DNA of 24,865 bases from Fidelibacterota bacterium. GTDB lineage: Bacteria; Fidelibacterota; Marinisomatia; Marinisomatales; TCS56. The stretch's first letter is position 1; the number at the start of each line of letters is the position of its first letter. Shown here one piece after another: positions 9,401 to 16,872 of this stretch. The position numbers and the translations under genes were made by a program. The notes under the pieces are model-generated. The model was not told where the DNA came from. It saw nothing but the letters and a program-made list of their open reading frames with translations, and made no database searches. The stretch spans positions 1-24,865 of the forward strand of contig JBDRBK010000037.1 of the NCBI GenBank assembly GCA_043822705.1, written 5' to 3'.

Positions 9401-10236
9401 TAGAACAGACTCTGATGAAAGGTGTGGGTACCGTTTTTATAATCGAATCCATTGGCGCCACGGCCATAGAAAATAATCCGGTCGCCGGAGTCGAAACTAC
9501 CGTCGCTTTCGCCTTCGATCTGAATGGTGCATTCCACTAGGTTGTCCGGTACCGGCAGGTCGTATATTTGAATCTGTTGGCTGCGATCGCGCCCCAGCGA
9601 ACTACTTGTAAACAGCCTGAAACTGCGCGGGTCCTTACCTGTCATTTGTTGATTGAAATCGTTGAAAAGCTCCGCCGGCACAACCAGCATGCCGTCACCG
9701 GCGACGGAAAATTTGAACCAGGTACCGGCCGGCTGGGCCATCGCCTTTTTCAACGCACGAGCAGGTGGGTGACCCCAGTTGCGGGCGACTTCCCAGTTAA
9801 CAATCCGGTGAACCAGCAATTGTTGATCATCCGCCGGCAGGTGACGGTGCGAAGCGCCGGTTGCCTCAAATGTAATATTGAGACGCAGATTGCGGTAATA
9901 TTCCCCGTTACCGGCATAGGGAGAAATTCGCAGGATGGCGACGGACAAACCGCGCAGTCGCTGTTTACCGGTCCAGGTCGTCCCCGTATCTATCGATTCC
10001 TCAATTTCGCCCGAGACCGGTTGTTGGTTTTGAAAGTCGGCCACCAGCAGCGGATAGTCATCATCTGGTAAGCCGATCAGCAGCTCGACCGGATGCAGGT
10101 CGGCTGCCGATCCACCGGAAAAATACAGGTCGATAATCAGATTACGCTGGTCGGAAGCTACGACGGTTATTTCCGCGGCAGCGCACCGGCCGCCGGTTAT
10201 CAGCAGGAATGATAAAATTAGGATTCGTAATTGCAT
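6493..10236 (-). CDS. porU: Type IX secretion sortase PorU (peptidase C25/gingipain family) with C-terminal sorting domain
   Basis: 1247 aa with signal peptide; LFLVGDA, AIGRLP, VADD; catalytic YIGHGS and ATCSWG; LFGDPA; D..GI...GVGH; C-terminal NYPNPF...WDGRD...ANGVYLY. Confidence 0.88.
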   Translation of the reverse strand: MQLRILILSFLLITGGRCAAAEITVVASDQRNLIIDLYFSGGSAADLHPVELLIGLPDDDYPLLVADFQNQQPVSGEIEESIDTGTTWTGKQRLRGLSVAILRISPYAGNGEYYRNLRLNITFEATGASHRHLPADDQQLLVHRIVNWEVARNWGHPPARALKKAMAQPAGTWFKFSVAGDGMLVVPAELFNDFNQQMTGKDPRSFRLFTSSSLGRDRSQQIQIYDLPVPDNLVECTIQIEGESDGSFDSGDRIIFYGRGANGFDYKNGTHTFHQSLFYRENTYWLLIPEDGSTRGRRVAAITSNPATPIVASTAQIYQHYEYDITNPDNAGPLWVGPQISQGTNYSVPFAITAPVSGSTSRVWINMKGSGETSHQIKIYHQNLQNPLLRTLLWSGSSQYGTNFTTSAIDWAGGGNIVLSNQSGSSASRPYLDYLTVRTERQLTFNGSSYEFFLEPAASGIRADFTSTTQPLVWDICDPAAPRELITVQSSTGFSTLIPDFGDTTGRFVVFSSENLPAVSDVELVADAEFDRLRHSGPGVNHIIIAPLAYADAMQPLATHRGNSLFVPLEQVYREFTAGNPDPLAIRLFIQWALENWSGSKPTCLFLVGDADHDYRNISGRSKIIVPTIILAGGYEGHYATDDQLVTIYGDNSQSLPEVAIGRLPARSVQDAEIFVDKLIAYETDPEPGLWRQRLTLVADDAARPEPNHGSIATGKSHTEYSEGLVPLIAPAVTVQKLYMMEFPEVSDASSYGVIKPAATQALIDYVNRGTAFISYIGHGSPHLWAQERLFDQNRGDITALNTNGQLPIWIAATCSWGHFDDIAAEAFSEDLIRSAGNAAAIITTSRAISVSSNKYYIEKIFQRLFPGRDVTREPIGVVLQSVKTGSIEGQYFHLFGDPAMPLPIPAETVSVTGITPDTIRTLETASFSGRQDLSRTGGVGYITVTDADRSVTRDYVIQSQPEQLSYTLPGATLFRGQFDVTDTVFQGLIRIPKDISYSDQAGKLTIYFQSDDEFPQEALGYLDDIHFAGGMASADQEGPMITFETTDRRQLRSGDHLRLDQGLLIRLTDPLGINISNEVGHGIQVVDRRVELTHDLTNDFLYDPNKITTGTIDYSRYLTGENIDLHISAWDNANNPAEAVIQLSVSEKQGLRLYHVLNYPNPFSASTRFTFELSTAADVKILVYTLAGRKIRTLPAESFAEGYHFIAWDGRDEYGNTIANGVYLYSMEARNSDGKITTIGKLAKYQ

Positions 10237-10546
10237 CAGAGATCAAATTTAGCCATTACTGCCGGTAAATAAATCGGTTTATCCCGGTCGAAACAGCTTA
10301 TGCGAAATATTACCGGCTGTAACGAAAGCGATTCATTGGTTGTTCCCGACGGCGCTGTCCGACGGTGGCGGCAGGAGTCAATCGGCAATGACTATCTTTA
10401 TAATATCTAAAAGTTTGTGTATTTTTAACCTATTCCGGACAGGGCTGACGGATAATAATGTGTTTTGTGCGGTACTACACTTCTATTTGGATGGAAATTA
10501 TTTTAGATTCGGGCAATTATTAATCAGGAGTAATGAGGTACTAGTT

Positions 10547-10981
10547 ATGTCAAAAATGTGGGATGACTTAAAAAAGAATCTTTCCGTGTGGAGCAATGCC
10601 GCGGTCGAGAAGGCCGAGGAAATGAGCAAAATTGCGGTGGCCAAGACCGAGGAACTGACCAGGATCAGTAAAATAAAGATCGAGATCCGTCAGTTGCATC
10701 GCGATCTGGATAAAACCTACGAAGAACTGGGCCGGCTGGTCCGCAAGAGTGCCGATGCCAAAAAACTGGACTTTTCCGGTGATGCCGATTTCAAGGATAT
10801 CATGAAAAAAATTGGTGAGATTGAGAAAGTCGTATCCGAAAAAGAGAAGCAAATCCAGAAAATCAAAGAAGAATACGGTCTGAAGGAAGAGGATATTCAC
10901 GAAGCAGTGGCGGCCGCGGCTGCGGAACCGGTGGCAGAAGACGTCACCGAGGAAAAGCCCAAGAAATCGACGAAAAAATAA
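10547..10981 (+). CDS. Hypothetical coiled-coil protein
   Basis: GAGG RBS before ATG 10547 (MSKMWDDLKK); charged heptad-rich helices; ends 2 bp before the sigma gene. Confidence 0.75.
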   Translation: MSKMWDDLKKNLSVWSNAAVEKAEEMSKIAVAKTEELTRISKIKIEIRQLHRDLDKTYEELGRLVRKSADAKKLDFSGDADFKDIMKKIGEIEKVVSEKEKQIQKIKEEYGLKEEDIHEAVAAAAAEPVAEDVTEEKPKKSTKK

Positions 10982-10983
10982 AA

Positions 10984-11829
10984 TTGAAACAGCCTGACAA
11001 ACGTTCCAAACTGCATTCCGCCCTCAATCTGTATCTTGAGGAAATCAAGAATCTGGAGCCCTTGACTCCGGAACAGGAAGTGCAGCTTACCCGGCAGGCC
11101 CGCGCCGGCGATAACGAAGCGTTTCGCCAGATTATTCTCCATAACCTGCGGTTTGTGGTAATGGTGGCTAAAAAACACCAAAGTCATGGATTGCAGTTGG
11201 AGGATATGATCAACGAGGGCAATCTGGGTTTGATTAAGGCAGTCCAGCGCTTTGACGAGACCCGCGGCTTCAAATTTATCTCCTATGCCGTCTGGTGGAT
11301 TGACCAGGCGATCCGCCAGGCGATCGCCAAGAATTCGCGGGTAGTCCGCCTGCCGGCTAATGTTTCCGATTCCATTTCGCAGCTCCAGCGCCGGTCTATG
11401 GAACTGGAACAGGCCTATGAACGGGAACCGACGATGGAGGAATTGGCCTCGATCGCGGAGAAGACCATTGGCGAAGTTGAGGACCTGTTTCAGGTCAATG
11501 TCCAGAAAGTGTCCCTGGATGCCCCGATGGACGATTCCGATGCCACCCTGCTGGATTTCGTTTCTTTCGATAATGAACGACCGGAGGCGCAGATGATGCG
11601 GGAATCGCTGTTGAATGAGATCGAGCAGGTTTTGCACACACTCGACAGCCGCGAGGAATATGTCGTCCGGAAATATTTCGGGCTGGGGAAGGAACATTCC
11701 CTGACGCTGGAAGATATCGGCAAGGAAATGGGGCTGACCCGGGAGCGGGTCCGGCAAATCAAGGAAAAAGCGCTCCAACGGCTGCGTCACAATACGCGGT
11801 CTCATTTGCTGAGAATTTATATTGGTTAA
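10984..11829 (+). CDS. RNA polymerase sigma factor, RpoD/SigA family, lacking region 1.1
   Basis: NLRFVVMVAKK, DMINEGNLGLIKAVQRFDETRGFKFISYAVWWI, LTLEDIG...LTRERVRQIKEKAL; TTG start. Confidence 0.93.
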   Translation: MKQPDKRSKLHSALNLYLEEIKNLEPLTPEQEVQLTRQARAGDNEAFRQIILHNLRFVVMVAKKHQSHGLQLEDMINEGNLGLIKAVQRFDETRGFKFISYAVWWIDQAIRQAIAKNSRVVRLPANVSDSISQLQRRSMELEQAYEREPTMEELASIAEKTIGEVEDLFQVNVQKVSLDAPMDDSDATLLDFVSFDNERPEAQMMRESLLNEIEQVLHTLDSREEYVVRKYFGLGKEHSLTLEDIGKEMGLTRERVRQIKEKALQRLRHNTRSHLLRIYIG

Positions 11830-11892
11830 AATAATTTGCCATTTTTTAATCTATTCATTAAACTTGGGCATATCGCGGGCTATATCTATTCA

Positions 11893-12837
11893 ATGGTAAA
11901 CAACAAATCACGCAAAAACAGCGGCCGATCGAACTACATCCTGATCGCCCAAAATGACTTCGAGGCGCAACAGTGGCAGTTTACGCGGCGCAAAGCGGTC
12001 GCCACCGCGGCGCTGGCGGTAGTCCTGTCGGCCTCGACGCTGTTTTTCGGTGCCGATCTGTTTACCAAGCTGATTTATCAGAATAAACTGCGGGAAATGC
12101 AAAGCCACTACCAATCCATGAACAATACGGTAGTTGATTTGCGTTCCCAGCTGGATAAACTGGATCAGTACGTCGGCGATCTGGAAAATAAAGATCGGGC
12201 CATGCGCACCTACGCCGATCTGCCACAGATCGATGATGATGTACGTCAATTGGGTATTGGAGGCGTATATTTATCCAAGGATCGTTTTGCCAACGAATTG
12301 ATGCCGGAGGTGGAATCATCACTGGCGGAAATTGAGATGGATATCCAGCATCTGACCCGCAAGGTACAGCTCGAATTATCAAGTTTCTCAACGATTTACG
12401 ACAAAATGGTGCAGGATTCGGAACAGATGGTTTCGATTCCGTCGATCAGGCCGATGGATGCCGGCTATTACAGCTCCGGTTTCGGTTTCCGCAAAGATCC
12501 ATTCGATGGCGAATTCCGTTTCCATCAGGGACAGGATATTTCCGCCCGGACCGGTACCGCGGTCTATGCACCCGCCGACGGTGTTGTACTTGAAACACGC
12601 TACAACGGCGGATTCGGCAAGGTGATTAAAATTTCCCACGGACACGGATACGTGACTTATTTCGGGCATCTGAATGAATTTAATGTTTCCAAGGGAGAAA
12701 AAGTAAAACGAGGCCAACTGGTCGGCAAAGTCGGCAACACCGGCCGTTCCACCGGTCCGCATCTGCATTACGAAGTACACTATTATAATACGCCCCAGAA
12801 TCCTCTCGATTATTTCTTCAGCGGATACCTGCACTGA
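11893..12837 (+). CDS. M23-family peptidoglycan endopeptidase with TM anchor and coiled coil
   Basis: HQGQD and GNTGRSTGPHLHYEV zinc motifs; YFGHL; N-terminal hydrophobic segment. Confidence 0.92.
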   Translation: MVNNKSRKNSGRSNYILIAQNDFEAQQWQFTRRKAVATAALAVVLSASTLFFGADLFTKLIYQNKLREMQSHYQSMNNTVVDLRSQLDKLDQYVGDLENKDRAMRTYADLPQIDDDVRQLGIGGVYLSKDRFANELMPEVESSLAEIEMDIQHLTRKVQLELSSFSTIYDKMVQDSEQMVSIPSIRPMDAGYYSSGFGFRKDPFDGEFRFHQGQDISARTGTAVYAPADGVVLETRYNGGFGKVIKISHGHGYVTYFGHLNEFNVSKGEKVKRGQLVGKVGNTGRSTGPHLHYEVHYYNTPQNPLDYFFSGYLH

Positions 12838-12890
12838 TTCGCTGACTTTTCTGCACGATCCGGTTAAATTAACAGCCCTATTCTGACACG

Positions 12891-14210
12891 ATGGACAAGA
12901 CTTATTATATCGAAACCTATGGCTGCCAGATGAACGTGGCTGACTCGGAGTTGGTGGCCGGGTTACTACAGGCGGCGGGCTACCGTGAAACCGCCGATGT
13001 AGCGCAGGCCCAGGCGATTTTCGTCAATACCTGTTCGGTGCGGGAACATGCCGAGGAGCGGGTGCATTCCCGGCTGGGTAATTTTCGCATCCTCAAGGAA
13101 AAAACCCCTGGTCTTATCATCGGCGTGTTGGGTTGCATGGCGCAGAGTCTGAAACACCAGATTTTAGAGAACAAACCATACATCGACATCGTTTTGGGGC
13201 CTGATTCGTACCGCAAGCTGCCGGAGCTGTTGCAGCGCAAATCCGCCCTGGCAACCAATATCGTTGACACCCAACTGTCCCGGTTCGAAGTATACGACGA
13301 CCTTTTCCCCAGCCGTCAGGAAGGGATCAACGCCTGGATCTCGATTATGCGCGGTTGTGACAAATTCTGCACGTTTTGTATCGTACCGTTTACCCGCGGC
13401 CGGGAGCGCAGCCGTTCATTAGAAAGTATCGTTGGTGAAGCCGAACAGGCCGTGCGGGCGGGCTTCGTCGAGGTGACTTTGCTGGGTCAGAACGTCAATT
13501 CCTACAACCACGACGGCCGTGGTTTTGCCCGACTGCTGGAGGCGGTGGCGGCAATTCCGCAATTGCGGCGGATTCGCTACACCTCACCCCATCCCCAGGA
13601 TGTCAACGAAGAGCTGTTGCAGGTCATGGCCCGGCATCCCAACATCTGCAATTCGATTCACCTGCCGCTGCAGGCCGGCGCCGACCGTATCCTGAAACGG
13701 ATGAACCGAACCTACACCAGCGAACATTTCATGCGCCTGGCCGATCGGATCCGCGAGTTGCTGCCGGGGGTCGGACTGACCACCGATATTATTGTCGGCT
13801 TTCCCGGTGAAACCGATGACGAATTTCAGCAGACGCTGGCTGTGATGAACCACGTGCAGTTCGACTCGGCTTTCACTTTCAAGTATTCGCCCCGGCCCGG
13901 CACCAAAGCGGCCGAATACACCGACCATGTGGCTGAGGAAAAAAGTCAGGAACGATTGGAACAATTAATTAAATTACAGAAGCAACATACGCTGCTGCGG
14001 AATCAACTGGCGGTGGGAACGGTCCAGACCGTGCTGGTAGAGAAGGAAAGCAAACGATCCGCGGCCATGTGGGCCGGCCGCACCGATTCCAATAAATGGG
14101 TGATATTTCCCAAGGAAGCGGCACAGGTCAGGGATTTCGTTTCCGTGGAAATCACTGCGGCCCGTGGTGTAAGTTTGCATGGCAATATTTTAAACGTGGA
14201 GCAGAAATGA
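12891..14210 (+). CDS. miaB: tRNA methylthiotransferase MiaB
   Basis: TYGCQMNVADSE, NTCSVRE, GCMAQ; radical-SAM CDKFCTFC; DIIVGFPGET; YSPRPGT; C-terminal TRAM domain. Confidence 0.96.
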   Translation: MDKTYYIETYGCQMNVADSELVAGLLQAAGYRETADVAQAQAIFVNTCSVREHAEERVHSRLGNFRILKEKTPGLIIGVLGCMAQSLKHQILENKPYIDIVLGPDSYRKLPELLQRKSALATNIVDTQLSRFEVYDDLFPSRQEGINAWISIMRGCDKFCTFCIVPFTRGRERSRSLESIVGEAEQAVRAGFVEVTLLGQNVNSYNHDGRGFARLLEAVAAIPQLRRIRYTSPHPQDVNEELLQVMARHPNICNSIHLPLQAGADRILKRMNRTYTSEHFMRLADRIRELLPGVGLTTDIIVGFPGETDDEFQQTLAVMNHVQFDSAFTFKYSPRPGTKAAEYTDHVAEEKSQERLEQLIKLQKQHTLLRNQLAVGTVQTVLVEKESKRSAAMWAGRTDSNKWVIFPKEAAQVRDFVSVEITAARGVSLHGNILNVEQK

Positions 14211-14524
14211 AGCTGATAAAAATCTTTAGTTTGTTGGCCGCCATCCTGGTGATGTTATTGTTTCTGATGCGGAATTTCATGCGCGTTTCCGTTGATCTGA
14301 TTTTTGTCCGCTACGATGATATCAATCTGGCGATCGTACTGGTCTTCACCGTCGCAGTTGGTATTCTGATCGGATTCGTGGTTTCGCTCTCAACAATCCT
14401 GGCAACCAAGGCCGATAACCGGGCGATCCGGCTGAAAAACCGGGTATTAACCGAAGAAATTAATAACCTACGGAATGTCGCAATCGAAGAGGATATGTAC
14501 GAAACCGGGGAAGAGGAAGAATAG
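14207..14524 (+). CDS. lapA: LapA-family membrane protein
   Basis: Two TM helices plus a short coiled tail; ATGA overlap with miaB; directly upstream of a LapB-like gene. Confidence 0.7.
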   Translation: MKLIKIFSLLAAILVMLLFLMRNFMRVSVDLIFVRYDDINLAIVLVFTVAVGILIGFVVSLSTILATKADNRAIRLKNRVLTEEINNLRNVAIEEDMYETGEEEE

Positions 14525-14526
14525 TT

Positions 14527-15579
14527 TTGAGTACTCTGCTGATCATAAGTATAATTCTGCTGGTCGTCGTGGCCGGCGGCATCTATATCTGGTCGCGGCC
14601 GCGCAGTGCACCGCAGACGCAGGCCTTGTACACCGATGCCCTGACAGCCATCATCCGCGGACAAAACGAGCGGGCGATCGATGCGTTACGGGCCGTGGTG
14701 CGCAGCGATTCCGGTCATGTGGAAGCCTATATGCATCTCGGCGATATCCTGCGCCAGCAGAACCAGGCCCAGAAAGCACTGAAAATCCATCAGTCACTGA
14801 CGGTCCGCCCGGACCTGCCGCGCAAGTATTTGCTGGAGATTCATCAATCGCTGGTGCTGGATTACGAGGCGCTCAAGGACTATCGCCGGGCCGCCCGCGA
14901 AGCCGAACGGATTCTGTTAATCGATCGAAAAAACGTCTGGGCGAGTGAAATTTTACTGCGGTTTGCCCAGCAGGATGGCGACTGGGACCGGGCCATGCAA
15001 CTGGCCAAGTCGCTGCAACGGATTCAGGGGCGAGTCGATACGCGGCTGCTGGCTGAGATCAAATTGAAGGAAGGTCTGGCCCAGTTGGAGCTGGATAACC
15101 GCAAGGAAGCGATCACCTGTTTCAACCGGGCGATCAAGATCGCCCCGGATTACGGTGACCCCTTCCTGGAAATCGGTAATGTTTATTACAAACACGGCGA
15201 TCTCGCTAATGCCGTCGTCAACTGGGAACGATTTGCCGTCTGTTGCCCGACGCAGAGCATGCGGGTTTATTCCAAGGTCGAGACCGCTCTGTTCGAACTG
15301 GGTCGGTTCAGCGAGGCCGAACAGTTCTACCGCAAGATATTGAAAAAAGACGGTTCGGTCCTGGATGCCACGGTGCGGTTGGCCAACGTGCTGGTGGAAA
15401 AAGGCGATCAGCGTGCCGCCCTGAACCTGGTGGAAGAGACGCTGAACAAATCGGCGGCTTCGATCCCGGCCCATCTGCTGCGGTTGAAATTGTCATTGAA
15501 CAACCGCAATACCCACGAACTGGCGCAGCAAATCGATAAAATAATGGAGTTGATGTCGACCGACAACAGCAATCGATGA
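14527..15579 (+). CDS. LapB-like TPR protein (LPS assembly regulator homolog)
   Basis: N-terminal TM; AIDAL...VEAYMHLGDILRQ...KALKIHQSL...LVLDY matches the LapB N-terminal TPRs; TTG start. Confidence 0.75.
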   Translation: MSTLLIISIILLVVVAGGIYIWSRPRSAPQTQALYTDALTAIIRGQNERAIDALRAVVRSDSGHVEAYMHLGDILRQQNQAQKALKIHQSLTVRPDLPRKYLLEIHQSLVLDYEALKDYRRAAREAERILLIDRKNVWASEILLRFAQQDGDWDRAMQLAKSLQRIQGRVDTRLLAEIKLKEGLAQLELDNRKEAITCFNRAIKIAPDYGDPFLEIGNVYYKHGDLANAVVNWERFAVCCPTQSMRVYSKVETALFELGRFSEAEQFYRKILKKDGSVLDATVRLANVLVEKGDQRAALNLVEETLNKSAASIPAHLLRLKLSLNNRNTHELAQQIDKIMELMSTDNSNR

Positions 15580-16433
15580 AGATACTGCGGGGATGGTTCC
15601 TCTGGGGCCTGCTGCTGGTCACTGTCGGCGCACAGGATTTGCGCCTGTATTTTTCGCTGGTTCAGGAAGGCCGGACGAGCGAAGTGCAGCGCTCGCTGCC
15701 GGATCTGCTCAATAACTACCCGGATGATCCCGGCGTCCTGTATCTGCACGCTCTGACCGTGAGCGATGGTGATTCATCGATCCAACTGTACCTGGAGTTG
15801 CTGGCGCGCCACCCGGCCAGCGAATATGCCGACGATGTGGAGATGAAGATTGCCGAGTATCTGTTTTCCCGGGGATTGTACTCCCAGGCCAGTAGCCAAT
15901 TTGGAAAAGTTCTGCTTAAATACGGTCAATCCGACCACCAGCAGCGCGCGCTGGATTTGATGGTCAACAGTTATCTGGCCACCGGCGAGCTGGACAGTGC
16001 CGCCATTTATCTGGCACGGATCAAGCGCAAGCATCCGCGCCTGAATTTTGATTATGGTATCCCCGGGATCGACGAGGTGGCCCTGCCGCCGGCAGAAGTG
16101 GAACTGACCCGCCTGGATCAGCGGGAAGCACAGGAAAAACTGCGCCAGACCAGAACGGAAGCCCCGCGGCCGGCAGTGGTCGAAAAACCGGTGGTGCGCC
16201 CCTGGATCGTGCAGGTCGGCGCCTTCAGCAATTATGCCAACGCCAACTCCCTGCTCGCCATGCTGACCCAGAACGGCTATCAGGTGGAAGTGCATGAGGT
16301 ATCCTCCAATAACCGCCGCCTGCACGCCGTACGGGTGATGCGCTATGCCAGCAAGGCCGAGGCCGACGCGGTCGGCGAGGAATTGAACCGGAAATATAAC
16401 TTAAATTTCCTGATCCTGAATCGCCCGGAATGA
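15576..16433 (+). CDS. Exported TPR plus SPOR-domain protein
   Basis: Signal peptide; TPR-like helices; C-terminal WIVQVGAFSNYANA...HAVRV SPOR signature. Confidence 0.85.
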   Translation: MKILRGWFLWGLLLVTVGAQDLRLYFSLVQEGRTSEVQRSLPDLLNNYPDDPGVLYLHALTVSDGDSSIQLYLELLARHPASEYADDVEMKIAEYLFSRGLYSQASSQFGKVLLKYGQSDHQQRALDLMVNSYLATGELDSAAIYLARIKRKHPRLNFDYGIPGIDEVALPPAEVELTRLDQREAQEKLRQTRTEAPRPAVVEKPVVRPWIVQVGAFSNYANANSLLAMLTQNGYQVEVHEVSSNNRRLHAVRVMRYASKAEADAVGEELNRKYNLNFLILNRPE

Positions 16434-16465
16434 CCGGTGTTGACGAACCGGATCAGGTAAAAATT

Positions 16466-16558
16466 GGGAATGATTGCGCGGCCGGTGCCCGCCGCGGTCT
16501 TCAAAACCGTTGGGGCCTGTAATCCAGGCCCGCTGGGTTCGACTCCCAGACGTTCCCG
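16466..16558 (+). tRNA. selC: tRNA-Sec (anticodon UCA)
   Basis: Anticodon arm GCGGT-CTTCAAA-ACCGT; CGGT D-loop; long variable arm GGGCCTG/CAGGCCC; T arm CTGGG-TTCGACT-CCCAG; acceptor GGGAATG/CGTTCCC; discriminator G. Confidence 0.92.
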
Positions 16559-16594
16559 CTACAGTTCCACCATGTAGGCAGGGCCAGTTGGTTA

Positions 16595-16624
16595 CCTGTC
16601 CACCGAAGCTTTAGCACAGGTGGA
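16595..16624. repeat. REP-like palindromic element (single degenerate copy)
   Basis: cctgTCCACCgaagctttagcacaGGTGGA resembles the recurrent extragenic palindrome pattern GTCC(G/A)CCGAAGCTTTAGCGAAGG(C/T)GGA, recognised from memory. Confidence 0.45.
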
Positions 16625-16872
16625 AAAGGGCAGTTCGTTCTTAGTAATCCAGGGATTGTTTATGTAACTTATGTAAGGGTCGATATACACTAATTGGGCG
16701 GTGTTTTTGAATATTTTGCACAATTCTGTTGTATTCAATCAAAAAAGTACTACAGTCAGTTTGAGTCGTGTTCATTGAATATGACATTGTCTATAAAGAT
16801 ATTAAAGACTAATTTATTGTATTATGATGAATTGAATTCTGTTCAGTCATTATTAGACAAGGAACTTACCAA

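Noticed and set aside
5046..16325. Many long overlapping or antisense ORFs (e.g. 6808-7434, 8110-8640, 10897-11805, 14953-15474, 15774-16325)
   Set aside because: Shadow frames of well-supported GC-rich genes, with no motifs
16431..16460. Selenocysteine readthrough of the SPOR gene UGA, which is followed by a small hairpin
   Set aside because: Would add only ~9 residues with no redox motif; no UGA-interrupted selenoprotein candidate was seen in the window
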